In this document: positions 50,176 to 63,050 of the stretch, piece by piece
How positions within the stretch are numbered: position 1 is the first letter of the stretch
Layout of the letters: every line of letters starts with the position of its first letter
Assembly: GCA_010909165.1 (NCBI GenBank)
Contig: VJWM01000192.1
Location: 1 to 64,000, forward strand
Source: Anthoceros angustus
Taxonomy: Eukaryota; Plantae; Anthocerotophyta
Direction of reading: 5' to 3'
DNA length: 64,000 nt
Position numbers and translations under genes: made by a program
The notes under the pieces: model-generated
The model's database searches: none
What the model saw: only the letters and a program-made list of their open reading frames with translations
Told to the model about the DNA's origin: nothing

Positions 50176-53100
50176 ATGGCGCCCATTGAGATGGCGTCCA
50201 TGACTACGGCATTTGATGCAGATAGTTCGTTTCTTTATCCAGACAGGAGTGCTCTCGGGTATGAGAAGCAGAAGGGGCAGTTTTATGGCTCTTCTGGAGA
50301 CAGCCAAGGGCGAGTGCGCATGGTAGAAGCAGAGGCTGCGGGTGACAACATGGTCCCGGAGGGCGGTGGGCATGCCAGGAAATTGAGTGATGTCCAGTTG
50401 GCGTCTCGCAGGGCCGAGGAGGCAGGTGCGTGTGTGTTTAGGTCTCCTTGTGTATTCGATGCTGAGGGACGTGGCATGTTGATGACCCTGATTGTCTCCA
50501 AGTGTGATGGTTTTCCGTGGGCTCATTTGGTTGATCAGCAAGTAGAAGAGCACAGGCGGCGGCATGGCTCCAGAGAATGGTTGGAGCGTTAGACCTGTCT
50601 GCTGAACCCTCAGAGGAGGAGCTCAGACTGTGTCTGAGAAATGGCATGGTGCTGTGTAGCGTTCTCAACAAAGTACACCCTGGAGCAGCTGTGAAGGTAA
50701 GCATCATGCTGATTGCAGGCACTAGAACTTCATTGAATTCTAGCCAGAATATACGACTAGAACTTCATTGAATTCTAGGCTCTAGTCGTATATTCTGGTC
50801 ATCGGCGACAAAGATCTGGATTCTGGGTCCCTGATGGTAGGGTTTGCTTGCCATGTCAATCATTAACTCGTGATTTTCCACGGTGTCAGGTTGTTGAGAA
50901 CCCAACGCCCTCGACTCCAGAAGAGGGTGCACATTCTGCGTACCAGTATTTTGAGAATGTCAGAAACTTCGTGGTGGCAGTTGAGGAAATGGGTCTCCCA
51001 ACATTTGAAGCATCTGATCTGGAAGAGGTATTTGGAATGATATCTTGAACCTCCATATTGGGATCTGAGCCTAATCCTGTGTGAGCTCGTACCTACATAT
51101 TCACACAAATGTGTTAATCACATCTATATAGTTGGTGGTAATAAGTACTGGCGTTCTTGCAGGTTAGCTATCTCCCAGGGTCATCGGCAAAAGTAGTAGA
51201 CTCCGTGTTAGCACTGAAGGCATACCATGACTGGAGACTAAGTGGTGGAACAGGATTCTGGAAGTACAGCGGTCCTGTCAAGTCTCCGCGAATGTCTGGT
51301 GGCAGAGGCTTCTCTGGATTGACATCTAATGGTGTTGTCAAGTCACCGAGTTTACTGAGCCAGACAAACATTGCCAGGCCAAACAACAGCCATCGCAAGA
51401 GATGGCCGGTTCTAGATTCTGATGGTCATGAGGATGGAGAACTGTCATCACCTGACTCTGCTGACCTGAACAACTATAAGGCTGGAAGAGCACTGGCTCT
51501 GCCCCAAGGCAATGGTTATCACCGACTAAATGGATCTGCTGATGCAGCCCTTGAAACTGAAGCCCTCAACGGCCCTGTGTCAGGTTTGAAGAATAAGAGA
51601 CTGTGATGATGGCATGTTAGAGCCTCATAGTTGTGCTTCATAAAATTGTTTCTTGACAAATTTCAAGAGACTGTCTCTCGACTATTGTCAAACCGGGTGC
51701 GATAATTTGGCTGTTTCTGTACTGCAGAATCTACTGCCACGTGGATCCAACACATCGGCTTCAGGATTCGTGAAGTTCTGCAAGGGAAAGCGAAGCGCAT
51801 CGAAGGCTTTCCTGGATCAGATGACAAAGAGAATTCTGGAGCAATGAACATCTTTGATGTATGGCAGTTTGCTGTCGTCAGTATTGCCAAAGCCAATGAT
51901 TTATTATGTGCAAAAGCCAATGCTGTTTATTCAGCTCCTGACTTTCTTCATGCAAACTTCCTTCAGGATGCACCGTCACAGTCTCTGCTGAGTCTTGTGA
52001 GTGCAATCATTGGGGACAAGCATCCAGAAGAAGTGCCCATGGTATGTTTACCTATTCCCTTGCCATTTGCAGATCGGCTTGGCAATGAGCTTGTTTTCTT
52101 ACGGAGCACTGGTGGAATGTAATCATTAATGGTTTGTCTGTCACATGCAGCTTGTTGAATTTATCCTACGAAAGGTTATGGAGGAGTTTGAAAGGCGACT
52201 GCAAACACAAGGGGAGCAAATCAAGAAAGTAAGTGATGAAAGCAGGATGTGCATGTCAACAGTTCTTCAGATACTCACTCACAATTAGGTACTCTTCCAG
52301 ATGACAAGTGCTCTTAAGGAGATCCTTACAAGGGAAGAAAAGCTTACATCAAGGGCCAAGGTTCTTGAAGCACTTGCTGCTGGTACTGGCGAGGAGGTTA
52401 AGGTAGTATCACATACGTGTATTTTTTTTTAAGCAGTCTCTAGCATGAAAGGTACGCCTGACATGATATGTTGGGTTTCTGATTGCATTGTGTTCTGGCA
52501 GTTGGTCTCTAATCATCTTCAGCAAGTCAAGGTGGGTCCCACAACTAGTCATGCGAGTCTGCAAGAAGCTAGGATTGTTGAAGCTTGTGCTTGTGTTGTG
52601 TTTGAACTGTTGCATTCAGAACAAGGAACCGTTGGCCACTCAAGTAGTGAAGAACATAAACATCCCCAGAATCAGCTCTGTTATTGCTGATTGTTTCAAA
52701 GAGTTTGGTCTACCAGATCAAGGGATGCAGAAGGACTCGCACGGCGAATCTTGCCTCTCTTATGATGAGTTGCTTTCCTGTTCTTGGGCAAGTTATGGAA
52801 GCCCCCTTTCCCCTGCGAATGTAGATGAATCGGTAGAGTCGAATGCACTTAGTCTAGATATATGCTGCCAAGTGAAAACTCCATTATTTGGGTGGCCACC
52901 CTCTCGGCATCTGGATGAACAGTCTTTAGCCAAGAGCTCACCTTGGTTAAAGAGCTTGAGTCAAGAGTTCCTCGATCTCCAAAAATATTTGCCTTTATGT
53001 CCCAGCAAGAGATCAAGAACGGTGAATAATCATCACATTTGTGCAGAAAATGATAAATATGCTTGCAACTGTAATTGCCTTGCTGCCTGCCGCTTTGCTA

Positions 53101-56100
53101 GAGATAAGTCTTGTCTTCATTGCTATAAAGTTACTGACATTGGTGTGGATGCCTTCTTCATTCTTACATGAAGATGGAGAAGAAGCACATTGAGGAAGAA
53201 AAAAGAGCAAAGGAGGAGGACATTGAAAGACTGATGAGGGAGCGAGAGGAGAAACAGATGCATGTTGATGTCCTGAGAAACGAGCTGGAGGTGATAAAAC
53301 GTGCAGATCAAGAACAACAGCTTCAACTGCAGCTTCAAAAGAGAGAGTTGGAAATGGAGTCCAGAGTCAGGATAAGGAATGTGGAAAGCCAGCTACTTGA
53401 ATCACAACTGAAAGCTAAGGCAGTGGAAGCCAGCTATGCCAACGAGATCAAAGGTCTGCGGAAAAAGCATAGAGACTTTGAAGGGGCTATGTGGCTTCAG
53501 GGTGAGACTATCCAGGTATGTTGTGCCTTGTGACATGGAGTAACATGCTTGAGACGGTAGTGCAGGTGGTAGTGCAGATAATCTGAGATAAGACCAGTCC
53601 CAATCCAATTGGCATGGGCAGTTTTAGAGTTTGCCTGCTCTTGTCTGATGTTGCAGGAGTTGAAGGCAGCCTCTGAAAGAACACGATTAGAAGTTGTGAA
53701 CATGCAGCATTCTTGGAGTTCGGAGATTGAATCTCTAGGTTGGTGCATGCTTGTGACCCCTTTTGTTGGATGTGTCCAGCTTGACTCTGTACTTGGTTGA
53801 CTTTAAAGTTTTTCTGCCAACACTTTCCTTCTGCAACTCCTTGCACTGTAGGGACGGAAATGCTGAAGATGGCTCAAGCTGCCTCAGGCTATCACAAGGT
53901 TCTTGAAGAGAATCGCCAACTGTATAATGAAGTACAAGATCTGAAGGGTAATTCTGATGTCATTGGCAGATTATCAAAGGACAAAGGGTCCTAAATTGGT
54001 TCTTGCTATGGTGGTTCAACCTTATGATACCACAAGCTTGGCCCCAATTTTCACGCAGGAAATATCAGGGTCTACTGCCGTGTACGACCTTTCCTTCCCA
54101 GCCAATCTGCCCGACAAAGCACGGTTGACTTTGTAGGAGAGAACGGTGATCTAGTGATTGTGCATCCCAGCAAGCAGGGCAAGGATGCCCGAAAAGTTTT
54201 CAGCTTTAACAAGGTCTTTGACACTTCAGCTTCTCAAGGTGAGTACTCGTTGTGCAGCAAACACCATTCTTGAGCCCCTTGTCTAGTTCAGGAATTTGAG
54301 GGATAGATCGCCTAGCTGTCTCACATTGTCAGTATACCTGCCTTGAACAGAGCAAGTATTTCTGGACACTCAACCTTTGATCCGCTCTGTACTCGATGGC
54401 TTCAATGTATGCATTTTCGCTTATGGGCAGACTGGCTCTGGGAAAACCCACACCATGGTGAGCAAAATTCTCCTTATTCTATTGAAGTCTCCTGCATGAC
54501 TCCGTCAAATGCAGTACGTGTTTCCTCAACCTTTTCATCTGTGTGAACCTGCGCAGAGTGGCCCGACTGGTGGCTCTGAGGAAGACTGGGGAGTAAATTA
54601 TCGAGCTTTGAATGATCTTTTCAGCATATCTCAATCACGGACTAATGTCATCCAGTATGAGGTGGGAGTTCAAATGATAGAGATCTATAACGAACAAGTT
54701 CGTGACCTCCTGGTTTCTGATGGGTCATCCAAGAGATATCCTTCCTGACTTTTGTTTGCTGTAAGATCGTTATGTAAACATGCCTATGTTGTGAACCCAA
54801 TCCACCTGATGTCCCACCTTAACGTTCATACGCTTGAGATACGAAATAGTTCCCAACAGAATGGCCTAAATGTCCCAGATGCCAGTATGATGACAGTGGG
54901 CTCAACTGGCGATGTACTAGACCTGATGAAGATTGGACAGAAGAACAGGGCTGTTGGTGCAACTGCTCTGAATGAACGTAGCAGCCGCTCGCACAGGTGT
55001 TTTCTGTGGTTTCCTTTTGACGTGGTCTAACCTTGAAGACTTGTTTATGGAGGGTTCTGACCCATGCGGAGGATCCAGTGTGTTGACTGTCCATGTCCAG
55101 GGCACAGATCTGAAGTCAGGTGCCATTCTGCGTGGTTGCTTACACCTTGTCGACCTTGCTGGGAGTGAGCGTGTTGACAAGTCTGAGGCCACTGGAGAGA
55201 GATTGAAGGAGGCCCAGCATATCAACAAGTCTTTGTCAGCTCTAGGAGATGTGATTTCTGCCTTAGCACAAAAGAATGCACATGTCCCCTACCGCAATAG
55301 CAAGCTTACCCAGCTGCTGCAAGACTCACTAGGTTCTCATATCTTTTGTCTCTCACTTGCCTGTCACTTGGCTTTGAAAAGGCTATGCAGAAACCAATGC
55401 AGCACTAACCTATTTGGTGGTTTCAGGAGGTCAAGCGAAGACACTGATGTTTGTACATATAAGCCCCGATTTTGATTCCTATGGGGAGACTATCAGTACT
55501 CTGAAGTTTGCAGAGAGAGTAGCTACCGTAGAGCTTGGTGCTGCACGCTCACATAAAGAGAGTGGTGATCTTCGGGACCTTCGAGAGCAGGTAATTTAAG
55601 TCTGTTTGAGTAGCTTCCTTCCACTTCATGAGTGCATGTATCACCTCCAGGTACCCCTCCTTTTTTCTTTCTAACGGTTTCACTGTACAGATATCATCTC
55701 TGAAGGACCTGCTGGCGAAGAAAGATGCGGAGATAGACCGATTAACAAAGGAGATTAAGGCGCAAGAGGCAGAACGATTGATGAAGGAGGCAAAGGCACA
55801 TGGTGCCGAAAGTGGTTCTGCCAGCTTTCAACAACCAGTGCTGAAACCAAAGATTGCAAGCGCACCATTTACTTCTCGCAGGGTTAGCACAAGTGGTGAA
55901 ATTCCTAGGATCAGAAAGCCGAGCAGCGAGTCTATGCTCGTGCCTGAGGTACGAAGTACTCCCCTTCGCTGGAAAAAAACCAGGCATGCATTTCTAATCA
56001 GTGACTATCGCTATAGGTGTATGAACTGTAGAGTTGGCTACGGCGATGTGAGTTTTCGTATCTGGTCATCTGCAAATGTGGTTTGAACCATACAAGTGCT

Positions 56101-57438
56101 TGTATTGCGCATTGCAGGGCCAGCAGTCAGTTCGTGCTTCACATGAACGTTTCCCAAAGCAGCGTCCATCTTTGGTGATAGCGGTTAGTCAGGATGGCTC
56201 GTCAGAAGATCATGAGGCTGAGTCCCCATTGGATTCGCCTCCAGGTCAGAGATTATCATCAGAAGACGGACAGAGTAAACCTTATCATGCTCAACGTCAA
56301 GGTACTTCCAACAGGAGTACATCTCCAGACTCGGATCCTCCACCAGCAACGCTGGTAGAGACAAACCACTACAGGACAAGGCCTTCAAGGAATTTGGTTG
56401 TGAAGCAGGAATCCAATTCAAAAGACTGGCAGGATAGGATTGACAGCAGCACCAATATGTCGCTCCTCGGTACAGCGTGTCATGATGAAAATTCTAATAG
56501 TTGGAGCGGCGGGGAGTTACCAAAGCTTGATGGAGATGTGGCAGGGCTTCCTTCAGCACCTTTTGGCAGCAGTCAGCTCCAGGGACAGAGTTCAGGATCT
56601 GGTGTGCAAGAAGAAGCAGAGACCTCTGGCAGGAACCAAAGGCTTGTGGCACCTGATGACAGGGGTCCCGAACTCCCTGGTAGTCAAGAAACTGAGGTGA
56701 ACAGGGACCCTTATGCTTCAGTTGATTCACTGTTGAATGAGCCATTTAGGAATGAGATGCTAGACAGGCGGGAAGCTGAAGGGGACTATAGAAGTGATCT
56801 CTCTGAGGGGGAACTGTCACAGGGTACAGACTCCTCATCAGTTAACTTAACTGATCAGGTCGTGCCTGCCAGAAGGGAAGAGTCCAACATTAAAAAGCTT
56901 CAGCAGGGTGGGGAAAGGCGGTAAGACTTATGACCCAAGCCTGAAACTCTGAGCATAGCTGCATGGACTGTGAGAGCTGAGCTGAGAGACATTCTGGTGT
57001 CTGAAAACGTCCATGAGTGTGTCTCTCCTTATTTTGTGCGTATGAATAGCTTCAGCTTAGAATGTGTCATCCAATGCTCACAAGCTGCTCTTCTCCTGTG
57101 CAGACCCCATCTTCAGAGCCAGATCCCCCGACCACCCACAAAAGACCGTAAGCAGTCTGTAAGCGACCAGCCGCATGTTCGCGCAAGGAGATACTCTATG
57201 GCTGGAACAGATTCAAAGCGTTTGTCGTCCGGACTCAACAGACCTGGGACAGATGCCGGTAGGTTCCTCGCACTCTCTGCTTCACCCATCCCATGTTGCA
57301 TTGCAGTCCTTTGCCAGTCTGTTCTGACCCCCTCTCACCGTTGCTTTCATGCCAGTTCCGGTGGATGACACCAAGCCCGCTCCACCTCGCCACCCTCCAA
57401 CATCCACCCAGCAGAAATCCTCCAAACGATGGCTGTAA
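50176..57438 (+). CDS. Kinesin-14 with N-terminal calponin-homology domain (KCH type), many exons; start uncertain
   Basis: CH domain [28 protein letters not shown], a coiled coil, and a motor with [47 protein letters not shown] and [11 protein letters not shown]-terminus ends SKRWL*. Confidence 0.95.
54736..54831 (+). other. U12-type AT-AC intron in the kinesin gene
   Basis: Donor ATATCCTT, branch site CCTTAAC at 54817-54823, acceptor AC. Splicing restores the motor sequence SSK-R-LEIRN. Confidence 0.9.
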
Positions 57439-58920
57439 TCTGCCCATTGTACATACCAGATGTAGTAGCTAGCAATTGAATCGAAGGTATCCCAGATCAG
57501 ACCATCTCCAGCAAGCAGAAGGTAGCAGCAGAAGGTAGCTTCTCTGTTTTTCCGGGTCCAGCACCAATTCTGAATGCTGTAAGAGATACCAGTTTGCAAT
57601 CTCGCAGACCCTGTGAACGGGAATATTCCAGTCTGTAGGTCCTCCTCCTACATCATACCTCGATGTTGTGCAGAAGCTCTTTCTTCCTGAAAGCAAGTAC
57701 TGTTGTGAGTGTGCCACTGAGCGTCGAGCTTTCCTGAAACCGTTAGGTTAACCGTTGCTCCCAACTGTACTGAAAGGCAACAGCAGACGCGAGTACGTGG
57801 AAGGACCCAGGAAAAACAGGTTTCTGACATGCTCGCAGGACAGCAGCACCCGCCAAAGAATTGCCGACACATTCGCCGCATCTCAGCCAGGAAAGCACGT
57901 CTGCTTTTCCTCCACGACTCACCTTTTCTTCTGCTTTCCTCCTCGACCTGTCAGCTCCAGAGCCCTGGACCTGTCACCAGCCTGATGCACGTACATAAAT
58001 TTAGCATATACGCCTCTCTAGAACTTGCTGTCCCAGGTTCTGCGCTCTTGCGTAGCCAGAATGGCGGGATTAAGCTGCGGAGAGTCCGAAATGGCGGATT
58101 TTAGACGCACTTGAGCTGCAGTGCGCGGCACAGGATCTAAGTACAGGAAGCTCAGGTCGCCGAAATGTAACATTTCCAGGCACAAAGAAATGCGGAATTA
58201 TCTGCTCGTTCTCCTGTTGTGTGGCGGCAAAGCTGGGCTCCACTTGCAGGCTGTGAATTCTGGGAATCAGCATCTATAAATCCAGGCACACCGTGTTGCG
58301 GCAACAGCTCTACACCCGGTCGCGCCTCATCCGGAGCTCTGCGAGTCTGCATGCATGTGGTGTCGGTAGAGGAGAGAGGCTGCTCAACCCAAGGCATTTT
58401 CTACATTCAGTGAGTAGGCTCGCGGTCGTTTGCAGTTCCTGTAAGGCTAGGCTGGGGGAATTTGTAGGCAGGGAGGCAGGCAGGACTTTGTACAGTGGCA
58501 GTACTTATGTCTGACTTCCATTCCGACATTGTCATTGTCTGGCATTGTTGATTGTGTGCACGAACAATCTTTGTGACAGAAAAACGGAGCAGCAACTTAC
58601 CGCCCATCACCATGCTCAGCGGGCTGCACACTGCCATGGTCTTCATCCTGCTCTTGCAGCTGCTCTCGCTCTCAGAAGAGTGAAGAAGAAAGGGGCCCAC
58701 TGTCTGTGGCAGGAGCATTGCCAAATCTCACAGCTTGGATATTACTCCCATGTCGAGCTGATAGTACTTGGACTGAATTTGGTGAGTTGTCCTCTGAAAA
58801 GGTGGGATGTGTTGTAATGTTCTCCTCCGAGAGCTGGGTGCTGATTGTCTGGATTCACCTGACAGTGTTTGTGGGTTCAGGTTGCTGTGAGTGGGTGCAG
58901 ATTAGGTGCAGTCCACAACA

Positions 58921-61599
58921 ATGCAGGTGGTGCGGGCTGTGGAGATGTCCTCGGAGGCTGCAGAGGTGCTAAAAGGCTTGCAGAACGGTTGCAAGCAGAT
59001 TCCCTTCAGTTGCCTGTACGACCAGAAGGGATCCATCCTGTATGAGGAGATCACCGAGCTGGAAGAGTATTACCCGTTTCTGGCAGAAGAGGCCTTGCTG
59101 GAGTCTTACGCTGAGCAAATCGTTGATCACGTGCCTTCGGGCAGTGTGGTGACGGAGTTGGGTTGTGGGACTGGAAGGAAGACTGCAATGCTGCTGAGAG
59201 CAGTGCAATTTCGACATGGAAGGTAGGCAGGAAAAATGTTTTGTTATGTGCATGAAAATCTTTGTTGAGGAAGCTCCCTTCTGGGACTGTCTGCTAATTG
59301 TGGGCGGTGTCATGCAGGTGCACGTTTGCTGGGATTGATGTGTCGGGGCCCTTTCTGGAATCGGCAACCAAGAACCTGCTGGCTTCTGTGCCCGGGCTGA
59401 AGCAGGAGGATCTGCACATGGTGCAAGCCGATTATCTTGAGGGGTTGAAGCAAGTGAGGAAGAAGTTTCCCCATGAACTACTCACTGTCGTGTGGTTGGG
59501 AAGTAGTGTTGGGAATCTGAGCAACGAGGGCGCCATCTCTTTCCTCCAAGACGTCACAACATGCGTTGGTCCTCACCACCAGTTCTTTCTCTGCGCCGGT
59601 GAGTGAACTGTGCTGTTGTCTGGAATGTCGGTACCATCTGAAATGCATGCACCGGGTCTGTCCAAATACCTCATCAACGTGCCTCTCTTTTGTTAATCCA
59701 GACATGTGGAAAGATGAGAACACCCTGTACGCTGCATACCACGATTCCAAGGGCGTCACAGAGAGATTCATCAAAAACGGCATGGCAAACGCCTTGAAGA
59801 TGCTCGGGGTTGATCTGATGGAGGAAGAGGAAGGTTGGGTGTACGAAGTGGAGGTGAACAGGCGTCTGCGTCGGGTGGAGATGTATCTGCGTTTCCCACG
59901 TGGAGTGCAGCTCCCGCACCACGTCTCCGTCAGCGACATCATGTGCAAACGCCAACGCTTTCCTTGTCCGAGATTCACCGGTTTTGGTCATGTCTCTCAT
60001 CTCACCTCCCTCTTGAAACATTTCATGCTGCAGGTCAGGAGAAAGGGTGTTGGTGGAAGTCTCGAGGAAGTTCACCATCGCTGATCTGCAGCATCTGGCC
60101 AGCGAAGCTCGGTACATTATGAGCGCCGCTTGGCGCTCACCGGCATACGGCAGCCAGATGCTGGTGCCTGCTGGTGAAGCATTTCGCCAGTGCTGGGATG
60201 ACACTGACCACATCTTCCGAGGACTGGACAACTGGCGTGTGAAGCCCATCGATCTCCGCCATCCCTTCTGCTTCTACTAGTGAGTTACACAATGCCCCCT
60301 TTCTTCCATCCACCATGAGTGGTATCAGGTTTGTTGCTGCATTGCAAGGTTTCCATTGCAATCCAAGAGTTGCCTTCTTCGTGATGAGCTTACCTGGACC
60401 TCTGGTCTTGCCCATGGCCATGTTCCTGCAGTGGACATGTCCATGCCTTTGCCAAGCTCAAGCTCCTGCCCGATGAAGATGCATCCCACCTGGATGTGAT
60501 GTTCTCCAGGGGGATCGACCCAAACGTAGGAGACCCTGCCAAGTGCCACTCCCATCCGGATATCCCTCCCGAATGGCCTGCAACAGAGGACATCATCCAG
60601 TACGGGAAGCAGGTGAGATACCAGGTCCTGCAGGCACTGGCAGGTGGGATAATCAGCATGCGGATGGTGAATTTCGGGCTCGAACATGAGCGGATGCACC
60701 AGGAGACCCTGCAGTACATGGTGGCACAGGAGAGAAGGCTTTCCTTCGAGAAGCACTTCGAGAGCAGGAAGCTTGAGCTTGCAAAAGGCAACGGCCACCA
60801 CTCCAACGGCCATGCCAAGAAGCAGACTACATTGTACATCCCTCCAGGAGTAGTCCACCTGGGGTTCGACGCCAGCGGTGGGCAATTCTGCTGGGACAAC
60901 GAGTACCCGCCACACGAGAGCAGGTTGGAGCATCCGTTTGTGGTGAGCACCAGGCCTGTATCTGTCTCCGACTTCCGCACCTTCGTGCTCCAGAACGGCT
61001 ACCAGCAAAAGCATCTCTGGAGGGGGGTGGACTACAGCTGCTTCCATGGAAAGGGTGTCAAGTGCCCCGCCACATGGTCACTGCTGGACGGCGACTTCTG
61101 GGTCCACTCTCCATCTTCGTCGCAGCACTGGAGTCAGGTTGCCAGCGAGCCGGTGTTTGTGAGCCTGGCGGAAGCAATGGCCTACTGCGCCTGGGCCGGG
61201 GCCAGGATCATGACTGAGGCCGAATATCACCGCATCCTGGACGTGGTGGACGCGGATGTTGGGCGGCAGGAGAAGAAGCAGCTGTTGCAGAAGGGGAATG
61301 GGCTTCGCAGTGGTAATGAGAATTGCAACAAGCTGAATGGAGTTTGTGGGGCAAGGATAGAGCAAATCCGTACTGGTGGGTGGGAGTGGACAAGTTCTGT
61401 CTTTGAACCATTCCCTGGATTTCAGCCCATGATCGAGTATCCCGAATATTCTGCCGATTTCTTTGATGGTGAGCACTACGTGCTCAAAGGATCTTCTCCA
61501 GTTACGCATCCTTCCATGCTGAGGGATTCCTTCCGCAATTTTTATCAGCGGCTCTATCCTTATGTGTTTGCCAAGTTCAGGTGTTGCTTTGATCTGTAG
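58921..61599 (+). CDS. EGT1: Ergothioneine biosynthesis fusion: histidine trimethylase (EgtD) plus DinB/FGE sulfoxide synthase (EgtB), Egt1-type; multi-exon, start uncertain
   Basis: EgtD part: LYDQKGSILYEEITELEEYYP, ELGCGTGRKT, LGSSVGNL, AAYHDSKGVT, EVSRKFT. EgtB part: KPIDLRHPFCFYYGH, RGIDP..CHSH..WP, HERMHQETL, WDNE.P, WEWTSS, ADFFDGEHYVLKG, FRNFYQ. Confidence 0.92.
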
Positions 61600-61715
61600 G
61601 TGCCTTGTTTACTGTTGATTCCCCGTCGTCTCTCTGTTGCACAACTTGTGCAGCTGTGCAGACAGTGTGTGTGTATGTGTATTGTGTGTGAAAATCAAGT
61701 GAAGTCACTTTCACC

Positions 61716-61812
61716 TGTCAATCAAATGGTGAAGTCAAGCTTCACCATCACTTTGTAACATCCTTGTCAACCAAATGGTGAAATCAAGCTTCACCATCAC
61801 CTTGTAACATCC
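61716..61812. repeat. Two ~49-bp tandem units, each with an internal hairpin
   Basis: TGTCAA.CAAATGGTGAA.TCAAGCTTCACCATCAC.TTGTAACATCC occurs twice. Confidence 0.8.
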
Positions 61813-61927
61813 ACCATCTCTGTTACAGTACATATTTAGTACTAGAACCGACCCCCGACAAAACTGTACACTCGGCCAGTTGCAAACCGTCAAAAACCGG
61901 TGGATGCATTGTTGTACAGCACCCCTG

Positions 61928-63050
61928 TCAATAATCCGCCTTCCTGAGAACTTTCTTTAGGAAAGTTCCTATCATATCTGAAGCTTGCTTCTCTAACGTT
62001 TCTTGAGTAAACTCTCTTTGCTTCAACAGCTGCTTGCCAACTTTGAACGAGTGATCCCCACCTTCGATGACGAAGACCTCGTTCAGACCCGTCATGCACT
62101 CCCGGACATGGTCAAGCTTGTCCAGAGGACACATGGAGTCCTTGCTTCCCTGGATGAACAGGACCGGAAGTGAAAGATCCAGCAATGTCGAATCCCGGAG
62201 AGCTCCATTCACACCCTGCCAACTCCCCGACCTATCAGCCTTCTGCAAAACTTTCGTGCTGCTTGCAAGCAAGAAGCGTAGCACTGTGCGCAAGCAAAGC
62301 CAGAACAACCTTCAAGGGATAACCCAGACACACAACAGCAGCGGCACCACCCTCCTCTTTCGCCGCAACCATGCAACTCACCCTGTCGTCAACCCAGATC
62401 TGCAGCTGAGAATTGTGAATCAAGGAGGAGAGGTGCAGAGAGGCACACTATGAAACAAGAGCACAGAACCTGGAGCCCATGGACTTTCCAACCAGCACCA
62501 CGGGATGCCCAGGATGCCTAGAAGCAGCCTTCTTTACTTGAGCAAGGTGGAAATCCACCAGCTTTTCAGCTTTGGGCGGAGCCCCACGCTTACCTCCAGC
62601 CAGATCTGCCACAGATCCCCGTTGTGAGTCACCTCATCCCCCAGCCCTGCCCTGGCGCATGACTTCACATCTGCAGATTGCGCTTACATGGGTAATCGAA
62701 GGTAACAACCTCCACCGCGTTGGTTGCAGATTTCAGCAGCTCCGTCCACCTGCTTGCAATCAAACATCAGGCACCCGCAGAAAAACATCCCACCGCCCAT
62801 CAAGTCCTGACACTTACCTGATCATCCAGTCCGAGGAAGAGGAGGCCCCAGCCCCATGTGCGAAAACCAGCAACGGTCTTGCATCAGCATCAGCATCAGC
62901 ATCAGCATCACCGACCCTGACCTGATCACTTCCCGCCCCATCAGAGCAAACCTTGCTGCCCCCGGGCTGTAACTCATCATCGTGCTCAGAGCTGAGACGT
63001 GTGCGCTTCTCGGTCACGGCAACTGCACCCCTTTTTCTTTTAGGAGGCAT
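61928..63050 (-). CDS. KANSL3/Tex30-like alpha/beta hydrolase (multi-exon)
   Basis: FAHGAGASSSSDWM, GKSMGSR, CLGYPL, FIQGSKD and GGDHS, with an N-terminal PKRKR and a (DA)n tract encoded by (GCATCA)5 at 62881-62910. Confidence 0.85.

Noticed and set aside
49252-50565. 437-aa minus-strand ORF
   Set aside because: Antisense to the GC-rich kinesin 5' region, Pro-rich and low complexity with no motifs. It is a composition artefact.
37959-61599. ABCD4-CblD and EGT1 as a metabolic gene cluster
   Set aside because: They are separated by unrelated genes and ~18 kb. The only link is indirect (methyl/SAM metabolism).
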